Shown here in pieces: positions 17,970 through 26,660 of a stretch of 64,000 nucleotides of DNA (the first letter of the stretch is position 1; each line of letters opens with the position of its first letter). Source of the stretch: an uncultured Bacteroidota bacterium (GTDB taxonomy: Bacteria > Bacteroidota > Ignavibacteria > Kryptoniales > JAKASW01). The position numbers were made by a program, and so were the translations under genes. The notes beneath the pieces were generated by a model. That model was not told the origin of the DNA and made no database searches. It saw nothing but the letters and a program-made list of their open reading frames with translations. Location: contig CAVYHK010000012.1 of the NCBI GenBank assembly GCA_963768145.1, positions 10,193-74,192 on the forward strand, written 5' to 3'.

Positions 17970-18841
17970 TTCTTCTTAGTCCGACTCCTGCCAGCCTTAT
18001 TCACAATTAAATTTACGTCGCCATTTCTATATAATACAAAATCATGTAAGTCTTTGATCGTTCCGAATTTCCCGTTCTTTTTCTGTATCTTAATTTTCCC
18101 ATAATTCATCCAGTAGTCGTCAAACCACTTTTCGCCAAGCCTTGAGAATATTCCTTCTCCGGACGTAATGTCGGAAATCCTCTTTATGCTGCCGATGTTG
18201 GCTGTATTTCCGCTTCCTCCTTTGTCGCTTGCGATTTTCCATTTCTCAGCAACAAAGAATTGCATATCTTTGATTACGGAAGTTATGGAGTCCAATTCAT
18301 CGATTTTGTATGTCTTTGTCTCATCTACTTTCGAATTTTTCGCTCGTGTATAGATTATACCCAGACAGAAATGTCCGAGGTAATCCTTATAAGGAAACTG
18401 TATGTTTTTCCTGCTATCGCGATTGACAAAGTACTTGCCGTGTGATCCTAGTGTGAACCCGTTGCAATACTCTCCGTTCTTCGATCGGTACGTCGTCTTT
18501 AAATCCACCGCGAACTTTATCTTTTTGTCTTTCTTGTTCATAAAAGTCATATCAGGATAGTAATTCTGATGCTCAGCCAAAACCAGTTCATAGCCGTTGT
18601 CGGTCGCAAACTTCAATATTTTTGGAAAAAGATGGATTTCAAGGATCTTTGAAATAATCTTAGTGTCTGCCGAAATTGTGTAAACATTCTTGAGAACGTC
18701 TATGAATCCTTTGATCGCCCATTGACCATCTTTGGTAGAAACATAATGGTTTAGTGTTTTTACAAATTGCTTCAAATCCTTCTCGAAACTGTGTTTGACC
18801 ATGGCTTTTGTTTTCTTCTTGGTAATTGGCTGCTTAGGCAC
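17966..18841 (-). CDS. EcoRV-family type II restriction endonuclease
   Basis: QNYYPD...VDLKTTY (PD...DxK), FTLG and GSGNTAN recognition-loop motif; ATGA overlap with the MTase. Confidence 0.9.
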   Translation of the reverse strand: MPKQPITKKKTKAMVKHSFEKDLKQFVKTLNHYVSTKDGQWAIKGFIDVLKNVYTISADTKIISKILEIHLFPKILKFATDNGYELVLAEHQNYYPDMTFMNKKDKKIKFAVDLKTTYRSKNGEYCNGFTLGSHGKYFVNRDSRKNIQFPYKDYLGHFCLGIIYTRAKNSKVDETKTYKIDELDSITSVIKDMQFFVAEKWKIASDKGGSGNTANIGSIKRISDITSGEGIFSRLGEKWFDDYWMNYGKIKIQKKNGKFGTIKDLHDFVLYRNGDVNLIVNKAGRSRTKKK

Positions 18842-18845
18842 GATG

Positions 18846-18856
18846 ATTCAATTTAA
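18846..18856. repeat. 11-bp direct repeat ATTCAATTTAA (right flank of R-M module)
   Basis: Identical copy at 16969-16979. Confidence 0.6.
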
Positions 18857-18922
18857 CAGCAAAAAACTAATAGTTAAAAGTGAGGAGTAACGACTTTTCA
18901 CCAGTCACTGTCGACTGACCAT

Positions 18923-20122
18923 TTAACGAATCAGCACCAGCTCGTCTTGCTCTCTTCCGGTGATCATCACCTTATTTGAACCCTCTATGAAAGCATTCAG
19001 CTCCGACCGAACTCCCATTTTGCCTTCTAAGTAGATTCCAGGTTCAAGCGAGAATAGGCATCCCGGCACAAGGAGCCGTGTGTCCTGGGTTTCAAAGTTG
19101 TCTATATTCGCGCCGTTACCGTGGACTTCTTCGCCAATCGAATGCCCGGTACGATGCGTGAAATATTCACCGTAGCCGGCTTCCTTGACCACACTTCTAC
19201 ATACATCGTCAACCTCCCAACCAGCAACTTGTCTGCCTGCGTTCAACCTCTCACTCAGAAACTTGAATCCTGCCCGCCTTGCATCACGGACAACATGGAA
19301 TGCTCTCACATATTCTTCCGGAGGATCATCGCCGACAAATGCACACCATGTTATGTCGTAATAAATAGACCCCGGTTTGTCGAACTTTGCCCAGAGGTCA
19401 ATAAGCAATTTGTCACCCGGTTTTATCCTCCGCGAGTTCTTCGGAGTCGGAGCAAAATGCGGATTCGCAGGATGATCATTTATGCCGACAATCAGCGGAT
19501 CGTCTGTCACAAGACCATTTGCTTTGAAACGTTTCTCAATGAATTGCTCAATTTCATACTCCGTTTTGTAGTTCTTGCTCCGCAGCGATTTTCGCACTTC
19601 GTCAAAAGCCTCATCTAAAATCTTGTCGATCAGTTTGCCAGCCTTGAAATGGGACTTGATCGCCTTCTCGTCCAGGAGAGCCTCAAATTGTTGGACTAAA
19701 TCCGCCGACGAAACGATTTCGTGGCCAAAGCTTTTCACAAGCTCAACTGTACCACCATCTACGATTGAGACATATGGAATTGCATTCATCTGTGAATACT
19801 GCATTGCAATCTTCGACGGCCTGTCCCGAAGTGATCCACTCGCACCGAGAATCTCCTTGAGATTCTCGTGAAGTTCCCGCCAACTTGAATACATCAGTTT
19901 TTTTCCGGGGAGATGATCTAATTTGGTCGGCTCGACGCGGTGGGCAAGTTTGACAGGATCGCCAACCGCGGGAACAAAATAGTACCACCGGCGTGTTGAC
20001 ATAGCATGAGGATCGATTCGGAGAATTTTCAAGCCGAGGTGATCACGGTTGTGAAAATCAAAAAAGAGCCAGCCGTCGATCCCGAGCGACTTTATTGCAG
20101 TTTGGATTTTGTTCAGGTCCAT
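18923..20122 (-). CDS. M24 family Xaa-Pro aminopeptidase
   Basis: LIDLWAK, YYDIT, HRTGHSIG..VHG, SLEPGIY, GVRSE metal ligands. Confidence 0.9.
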   Translation of the reverse strand: MDLNKIQTAIKSLGIDGWLFFDFHNRDHLGLKILRIDPHAMSTRRWYYFVPAVGDPVKLAHRVEPTKLDHLPGKKLMYSSWRELHENLKEILGASGSLRDRPSKIAMQYSQMNAIPYVSIVDGGTVELVKSFGHEIVSSADLVQQFEALLDEKAIKSHFKAGKLIDKILDEAFDEVRKSLRSKNYKTEYEIEQFIEKRFKANGLVTDDPLIVGINDHPANPHFAPTPKNSRRIKPGDKLLIDLWAKFDKPGSIYYDITWCAFVGDDPPEEYVRAFHVVRDARRAGFKFLSERLNAGRQVAGWEVDDVCRSVVKEAGYGEYFTHRTGHSIGEEVHGNGANIDNFETQDTRLLVPGCLFSLEPGIYLEGKMGVRSELNAFIEGSNKVMITGREQDELVLIR

Positions 20123-20273
20123 GATTGCTCCGGGTTTTGACACAATTAAAGGAATCGAAACAAGTTATGAAAAGATTTCTGCTGATTCAAAAGATGTCTA
20201 ACTATGAGTCGCAGGAAGACTGGTCGAGTTTAACTTGTGAAACTATCGACGACATTCTTTCTAGAGGGCACAT

Positions 20274-20311
20274 AAAAAAACCGACCCGCTGTGGGGTAGC
20301 CAGCAGGTCGG
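20274..20311 (-). terminator. Rho-independent terminator
   Basis: 11-bp stem with one U-G pair followed by a T7 run on the minus strand. Confidence 0.8.
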
Positions 20312-20372
20312 TACGGATAGTCCGAGGATTCTTGGGGTAGGGTGGGATCCTCGTCGAATATCATTTAAATTC
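20274..20372 (-). ncRNA. Candidate small RNA (or attenuated leader) with two hairpins carrying CUACCCCA loops
   Basis: Minus strand: CGAGGATCC-CACCCTACCCCAA-GAATCCTCG, then CCGACCTGCTG-GCTACCCCA-CAGCGGGTCGG-TTTTTTT; promoter directly upstream. Confidence 0.6.
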
Positions 20373-20378
20373 GGTTTT

Positions 20379-20407
20379 AATATAGTTTCACCTTTCTGTT
20401 AATGCAA
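20379..20407 (-). promoter_or_regulatory. Sigma70-type promoter
   Basis: TTGCAT-17 nt-TATATT on the minus strand. Confidence 0.65.
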
Positions 20408-20559
20408 GTGAAAAAATGAAACGATAAGCTAGACTTGGATTAACTTCAGATACCCAGCCCCCGTTCAAGACGTGGACGTCGAAAAGCTTGAGGGCACCTC
20501 GGCAACAATGCATCATACGGCCCGTTTACTTATATTGAAACTCAAACGAGCCAGGTTTC

Positions 20560-21672
20560 TTGAATATTCTCAGCAGACGACATAACAGAATTCTCGTGGT
20601 GAGACCGGACAGAACCGGTGATGTTGTCCTTTCGACACCAGTCTTTCACACTCTGAAGGAATCCTTTCCGGATTCATTTATCGGTGCCCTTGTCTCCCCC
20701 TACACAAGCTCATTATTGATGGGAAATCCGTATCTGAATGTCATAATAACGGACGATCCGCTGAAAGAAAACTTCCGAACAAAAATAAAGGAGATTCGGG
20801 AGTTCAGATTTGATACGGCTCTTCTTCTTCTCCCCACGAAACGGCTTGCATATTTGTTGTTTTTCGCTGGAATCCCATACCGCGTTGGTGTCGGACATAT
20901 CTTGTACGAGGTGATCACATTCATGCACGGGGTGTCACGGAAGAAATACAACCCGCTGAGGCATGAGTCGGACTACATGCTCGACCTTCCAAAGAAAATC
21001 GGGGCCGAGAAAATACGGAGGAAACCCGAGATTTTTTTGAACGCAGAGGAAAAGGAGTCAGCCCGCAAGTTTTTGGAGCAAAGAGGCTTTAACACGGAAC
21101 GTCCCATTGTCGGCATCCATCCCGGCAGTGGTCACTCTTCGCCTAACTGGCAGATTGAAAGGTACTCCGAACTGGCAAACATGCTCGCGAGGAGCAGCGT
21201 TCAAACGTTGGTCACCGGTGCAAGTCACGAAAAAAATCAGGAAGATCTTCTCTTGAAAATGGTTGATAGGAGTGTCAAGACCACTTACGGGGAGCTATCG
21301 CTACGCGAATTGGCTTCCGTCATCTCTCAATTGAGTCTGCTTGTCTCCTCAAGCACGGGACCGATGCATGTCGCTGCGGCGGTCAACACTCCAACCGTCT
21401 CAATGTTTTGTCCCCTGACGGCTTGTTCGCCGAAGTTGTGGGGCCCTGTCGGGAACGTTTCTAAGATCATTCTTCCTCCGGACGATTTCTGCCACTCGAA
21501 ATGCCCCGGTTACCCCCACGTTTGCACCTTCGGCAGCGGGACCGATGGCATTGCCGTCAGGAAAGTCTACGACGCAATTATCCAGTCGATAAATGAGACC
21601 GACAAGATTCTCGCGGGCGGAATCTCCGACAAATCCAACCCATCACGCATGCAGGAGGAGCCGCGACAGTAG
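20560..21672 (+). CDS. GT9 glycosyltransferase (LPS heptosyltransferase-like)
   Basis: ILVVRPDRTGDVVLSTP, GIHPGSG, SSSTGPMHVAAA. Confidence 0.9.
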   Translation: MNILSRRHNRILVVRPDRTGDVVLSTPVFHTLKESFPDSFIGALVSPYTSSLLMGNPYLNVIITDDPLKENFRTKIKEIREFRFDTALLLLPTKRLAYLLFFAGIPYRVGVGHILYEVITFMHGVSRKKYNPLRHESDYMLDLPKKIGAEKIRRKPEIFLNAEEKESARKFLEQRGFNTERPIVGIHPGSGHSSPNWQIERYSELANMLARSSVQTLVTGASHEKNQEDLLLKMVDRSVKTTYGELSLRELASVISQLSLLVSSSTGPMHVAAAVNTPTVSMFCPLTACSPKLWGPVGNVSKIILPPDDFCHSKCPGYPHVCTFGSGTDGIAVRKVYDAIIQSINETDKILAGGISDKSNPSRMQEEPRQ

Positions 21673-21674
21673 CC

Positions 21675-22940
21675 ATGATAATCCGTCAAGCTTCAGGCAA
21701 TGACACCGACTCCTTAGCTTCACTTCTTTCAAAATCCTTTTTGGAAGAAACCTCCGTCATTCGCGTCAGCCTTGAAAATAATCCGCGTTATTCCCTATCC
21801 AACATGTACGTTGCTGAAGACAAGACAATCAATGCTGGCATTGTGGGTTGTCTTCGAATAACTCCATTTGAAGTCTACTCTCGCGGGACAAAAATGCCGA
21901 TGGCAGGTATCGCTGCAGTTGCGGTTCAACCGGAAGCGAGAAGACGTGGAATCGCAGAAGCCCTCATGGAAGATGCGTTGAGGAAAATGTATGAAATGGA
22001 TTACCCGATCTCGATGTTGTTCCCATTCAAACACCATTTCTACAAGAAGTTCGGTTACGGCTATGTTGGAAACATAATGTTTTACGAAATTACGCCGAGT
22101 AATATTTCCCAATTCCCTTCCGAATCCCGTTCATTATCGGGAGAAGAGCGATCACATGTCCGCGCTTTTAACAAAGCAGACAAGAACAAGCTGAAGAGAG
22201 TTTTGCAGCAGGAAATGCAAACAAATGGCAGGCTCACCCTCTTGAGGAACGATAACTTCTGGGATCTGGTTGTGTTTCCAAAGTTCAAGGACGCTTATGT
22301 TTACGATGACGGCGAAGTAAAGGGTTACATAGTCCTTGAAGTTTACAAAGAGCATGATCGCTCCGATGGACTTGTCGGCAAGACAGTCTTGAACATTAAA
22401 GAACTCGTCGGACTCGATGCGGCAGTCCACCGCGGATTGTGGGGATTTGTGGGCGCACTGGGCGAACAGGTAAGCCGCATTAAGTTTCTGGCTCCAGCCG
22501 ATTACCCCCTTCACCTTTTCCTGAAGGAACCAAGCGAAGCTGAATACCGAAGATTGTTTTTTGAATATAAATCTTTTTCCACAGTTGCGGCGGGTTTCAT
22601 GCTGAGAGTGATAAATGTTTTTGATGCGCTCAGCAGATTACATCATAATTTCGATTCACCGGCGGACTTCGTTATTAGAGTCAACGATGGAAGCCTCATG
22701 CAGAATTCCCGGAATTTCAACCTGCATGTTCACAATGGGGAAACTGTAGTCGATGAGACAAAACAAAATGTTCAGTTTGAATCGGACATTGAAATATTTT
22801 CGCAGATCTATTCCGGTTTCCTGAAACCCAGCGATGCTCTGAGATTTAGTCTTGCTCAGGGTGAAAAGCCGGTTGCAGCAAGACTTGATGAACTTTTTAA
22901 GGCACCTGCACCGTTCATATATCACTACGATATTTTCTAA
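21675..22940 (+). CDS. Eis-like GNAT acetyltransferase with C-terminal SCP2-like domain
   Basis: GIAAVAVQPEARRRGIA, LFPF..HFYKKFGY, FMLRVIN. Confidence 0.88.
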   Translation: MIIRQASGNDTDSLASLLSKSFLEETSVIRVSLENNPRYSLSNMYVAEDKTINAGIVGCLRITPFEVYSRGTKMPMAGIAAVAVQPEARRRGIAEALMEDALRKMYEMDYPISMLFPFKHHFYKKFGYGYVGNIMFYEITPSNISQFPSESRSLSGEERSHVRAFNKADKNKLKRVLQQEMQTNGRLTLLRNDNFWDLVVFPKFKDAYVYDDGEVKGYIVLEVYKEHDRSDGLVGKTVLNIKELVGLDAAVHRGLWGFVGALGEQVSRIKFLAPADYPLHLFLKEPSEAEYRRLFFEYKSFSTVAAGFMLRVINVFDALSRLHHNFDSPADFVIRVNDGSLMQNSRNFNLHVHNGETVVDETKQNVQFESDIEIFSQIYSGFLKPSDALRFSLAQGEKPVAARLDELFKAPAPFIYHYDIF

Positions 22941-22954
22941 CTCAAGGAGAGAAA

Positions 22955-23515
22955 ATGAACTCGATCCTGGTGATGTGGTTAGGTTTTCTGTTCGTCACGG
23001 GCACAGGTTCCGTTCCCGGACTGTCTCAGAGGAATCCCAATTCGGAACAACCTGTAAGTGCAATTACGAGCAGCGGCAGCGGCGGCGACCTCAATTGGAC
23101 AAATTATACCGATGGTATCAGGCAAGCGTCGGCGGCAAGAAAGAAGATACTCATTGATGTCTATACTGACTGGTGCGGTTGGTGCAAGAAGATGGAGAAA
23201 GATACCTACAGCGATGAAGACATCAAGGGTTACCTGACATCGAACTATATTCTTGTAAGATTAAATGCCGAGAGCGATAAGAAGGAAACGGTAGGGAATG
23301 AGGAAATGACGCAGGCCGATATCGCCAGGGCTTATAAGGTGAATGGTTACCCTACAACGGTCTTCCTAAATTCGGATGGCCTGCCGATTACCTATGTCAG
23401 CGGTTACATGAAGCCCGCGGAGTTCAAGCCGGTGCTGAAATACATCGCAGAGGATTACTACAAGAAAATGGGCTATCAGGAGTATCTGAGGTCACCGGGG
23501 GCGCCTTCAAATTAG
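22955..23515 (+). CDS. Exported thioredoxin-fold protein (SoxW-like)
   Basis: Signal peptide; DVYTDWCGWCKKM; GYPTTVF. Confidence 0.85.
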   Translation: MNSILVMWLGFLFVTGTGSVPGLSQRNPNSEQPVSAITSSGSGGDLNWTNYTDGIRQASAARKKILIDVYTDWCGWCKKMEKDTYSDEDIKGYLTSNYILVRLNAESDKKETVGNEEMTQADIARAYKVNGYPTTVFLNSDGLPITYVSGYMKPAEFKPVLKYIAEDYYKKMGYQEYLRSPGAPSN

Positions 23516-23700
23516 TTAGCCTGATGAAATTCTGTGTTAGGCCGAAATGTGGTTGACTTGCAATGAGGGGCGAAAAAAATCCGCTTCGTTTCGATATTGA
23601 GAAATTTTATAATGCTTCCTTCTAGACATTTCAACTATTCGCTCGATGTGGTGTCTGACATTGAAGCTAAAGTCCTGTTGAAGTAAATTTCTATTTCAAA

Positions 23701-24816
23701 ATGGAAAACAAGGATAGACTCGTTCTTCTCGACTTGATCCGGGCAGTGGGCGTTGTGTTAATGATTGAGGGACACACCGTAGATGCAATGCTGAGTCCGA
23801 TGTATAAAGACGGCACCGCATTTATGTTCCAATTGTGGACATTTCTCCGTGGACTGACAGCTCCGTTCTTTTTCTTCTCGGCGGGACTAGCATTTGTATT
23901 CGCGACAGTCAAGATCAACGGCGGCGTCCTGAGCGTTCCAAAGAAAAAAAAGCACAGGCGGATCAGGAGAATAGTTACTCTCCTTCTTTTGGGGTATGGT
24001 CTTCATTTCCCTATTGAACTTCTTTTCGATTCATCTAACGTGCCTGCAGACCATTTGAAACTATTCTTCTATGTGGACGCGCTTCATGTAATTTCGTTAT
24101 CTCTCCTAGTGATTCTCATTATTGCGCTGTTCGCGAAAAGATCCGAGACGCTGTTTCGTTCCTACGTTGTCGTCGCCTTTCTGTCACTTGCGATAGCGCC
24201 TATAACCGAAACCATCCGGTGGGAAAGTTTTCTGCACCCGCTCTTTTATTCTTATTTGACGTTCCGTTCCGGTTCGTTTTTTACTTTCTTCCCGTTCTCG
24301 GCTTACCTTTTTGCCGGGGCTTCGTTCGGGGCAGCTTCCTTCTCAATGTCCGTGCAGACTCGCGCACGAATGTTATCGAAGAATTTTATGCGGGTGTCTT
24401 TAGGCTCGCTCCTGTTGTTTCTTCTTTTCTTTCCCGTCCAGCTCCTTTTCGTCTCTCCCTACATTGATTACTGGCGAGCACTACCGGCAATCAACTTTCT
24501 AAGATTTGGCATCGTAGCATTCGTGGCTGGTTGCGCCGGATACTTGAGTTTGAAGGTTACGCGACTTCCAAAGATTTTGCCGGCGATCGGGAAGAGTTCA
24601 CTCACTATATATGTTGTGCACCTGATGATAGTTTACGGCTCGCCGATAAATTTTGGGCTCGCGCAGCTTATTCCCGATGGGACAAACCCTGTGCTTGCGA
24701 TTCTTCTCGCTGTGGGAGTTGTGTCGCTGATGGTTGGCATGGTCTACGGAATCGAAACTTACAGGGCACGGAAGAAGCGAATTGAGGTTATTACAATCAG
24801 TGAGATAGCGAAGTAG
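23701..24816 (+). CDS. Membrane acyltransferase-like protein (DUF1624/HGSNAT-like)
   Basis: RLVLLDLIRAVGVVLMIEGH, RGLTAP, IGKSSLTIYVVH; many TM helices. Confidence 0.75.
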   Translation: MENKDRLVLLDLIRAVGVVLMIEGHTVDAMLSPMYKDGTAFMFQLWTFLRGLTAPFFFFSAGLAFVFATVKINGGVLSVPKKKKHRRIRRIVTLLLLGYGLHFPIELLFDSSNVPADHLKLFFYVDALHVISLSLLVILIIALFAKRSETLFRSYVVVAFLSLAIAPITETIRWESFLHPLFYSYLTFRSGSFFTFFPFSAYLFAGASFGAASFSMSVQTRARMLSKNFMRVSLGSLLLFLLFFPVQLLFVSPYIDYWRALPAINFLRFGIVAFVAGCAGYLSLKVTRLPKILPAIGKSSLTIYVVHLMIVYGSPINFGLAQLIPDGTNPVLAILLAVGVVSLMVGMVYGIETYRARKKRIEVITISEIAK

Positions 24817-25227
24817 CCTGCTATTAGAAGGGGACCTGCGCGCTCGTGGGCGCCACAGAGGACGGGACTGTTCTTCTTTCCGGGATGACGAACAACCAGC
24901 ATAGCCGACTTTCATGGTTATCTGGTAACCGGTCTTTTCAAAGATAGAGGAGTCTTGGTCAGATAGAGAAAAAGGAGAAGCGTTGATGAGGCACGTGGGG
25001 ATCGCGATCATGGCGTGGTGGGCAAACTCTTACCCAATCAAATGGGTAACGGTTGACCCAATGGGCAGAGTGACCGTTCAAATTTCAAAATCCTGAGGCC
25101 AAAAAGGATGGCACCTGTCTTGCATTAAGAAGATAATGACGTTGAAAGGGAGCGTTGTGTCCGTAAAAGCCGGCACTGCCAAGTGAAAAAAGATTTGACT
25201 TTAATGACGTACAAATTAAATTCAATC

Positions 25228-26571
25228 ATGGCTTGTGAGTCAAAGCCAATATTTACCCTCTCAATTCTGCTTTTTGCAGTAACAGTTAGTCTTGTCTTTT
25301 CTGCATCGAGCTGCCGCTCTCCCGTTGGACCATCGAAATCGAATGTTCAACTAACTGCAGCAGATGTGGAATGCACCGAAATTTGGCTAAAGATAAGTTT
25401 TGTCAATACCACTAGCGGCGGAGACTTCGCAATCGATAGAGATGGCACAACAGTCATAAGCGGACACTTCAGCGGTACGGACACCACCGTGGTTGACGAC
25501 AGCGTTCAGGCAAATAAGACTTACAACTACGTTGCATATAACATGCTAAATGGGAAGCCATCAGAGCAAAGCCAAGCACTTCAGGTCACCACCCTTGACA
25601 CAACGAGTAACAACTGGACGTTCCAGACGTTTGAACTTGGTGGCTCGCAATCGAGCGTACTTAACGATGTGGCGATAATAAACGACACCTTGGCATATGC
25701 AGTCGGAGAAATCTATGGCTATGACTCGACGGGACACGCGGATTTGTATCCTTATGGTGTAGCAAGAAGGGATGGAACGAGTTGGAAGTTGATAAAGTTG
25801 TTAGATAATGCGGGGTACCCCCTGACACCGATTAGAGGAATTCTTGTCGTTAATCCGAATGATATATGGCTTGCGGCCGGGAGTGTGTACCATTGGGACG
25901 GTGTTTCTCCTCAAGCGCAACTGAGCTTTTCTCGGCTAACTCTATCTGATCCAAATGCAACAATAGAGAAACTTTGGGGAACTTCCAGTTTGTCTCTCTA
26001 CGGAGTAGGTAATGCCGGAACAATTATTTGGTATAATGGTACAGTTTGGCAGGCCCTTCCGAGCGGGATAGATTTGGACATCAACGATATTTGGGGGGAC
26101 TACAATGCTGAGACAGGGCAGGGAGAAATATTGGCGGTGGCGGCAGATGTTTTGGTAAGACCCGGAATAGAGGTGCTGAAAATAAATGGTACCAGCGTGC
26201 AGATGCTCGACACTGCAGGAATAAATGCAGGGAACCTGAGCAGCGTTTGGTTTGAAGCGGGAAAAAAATATTATGTAGCAGGTGGTGGAATCTTTCAGAA
26301 AAACAGTTTGAGCAACTTGAGCTGGACAAACGGAAAGTATGACATTACCAGTTATTACATTTATAGAATTAGAGGAACGAGCTTTAATAGTATTGTGGCG
26401 GTGGGAGGCGTTGGTGAAATCCTGACATATAATGGTGCATCGTGGAAAAGCCATTTTGATGAAACGAAACTGAATTCGGGTAACTATAATTCGGTCGCAA
26501 CAAGGGATAATATCATCGTGGCTGTTGGTGAGGATGCTCCTTATGGAGTAGTGACGATTGGCAGAAGATGA
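25228..26571 (+). CDS. Lipoprotein with Ig/FN3-like N-terminal domain and beta-propeller-like repeats
   Basis: Lipobox SASSC; repeated AVG/GVG...W..G..W blades. Confidence 0.7.
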   Translation: MACESKPIFTLSILLFAVTVSLVFSASSCRSPVGPSKSNVQLTAADVECTEIWLKISFVNTTSGGDFAIDRDGTTVISGHFSGTDTTVVDDSVQANKTYNYVAYNMLNGKPSEQSQALQVTTLDTTSNNWTFQTFELGGSQSSVLNDVAIINDTLAYAVGEIYGYDSTGHADLYPYGVARRDGTSWKLIKLLDNAGYPLTPIRGILVVNPNDIWLAAGSVYHWDGVSPQAQLSFSRLTLSDPNATIEKLWGTSSLSLYGVGNAGTIIWYNGTVWQALPSGIDLDINDIWGDYNAETGQGEILAVAADVLVRPGIEVLKINGTSVQMLDTAGINAGNLSSVWFEAGKKYYVAGGGIFQKNSLSNLSWTNGKYDITSYYIYRIRGTSFNSIVAVGGVGEILTYNGASWKSHFDETKLNSGNYNSVATRDNIIVAVGEDAPYGVVTIGRR

Positions 26572-26660
26572 ATAAATGAATTGTCCATAGAAAACGGTCT
26601 TGAAACAACGAAATATTCCAGCGGCCAGATTATCAAACACTAAAGCAGGGAGGCTTTACA

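Noticed and set aside
25942..26640. 232-aa minus-strand ORF
   Set aside because: Antisense shadow of the lipoprotein gene; the same applies to most short overlapping ORFs in the track
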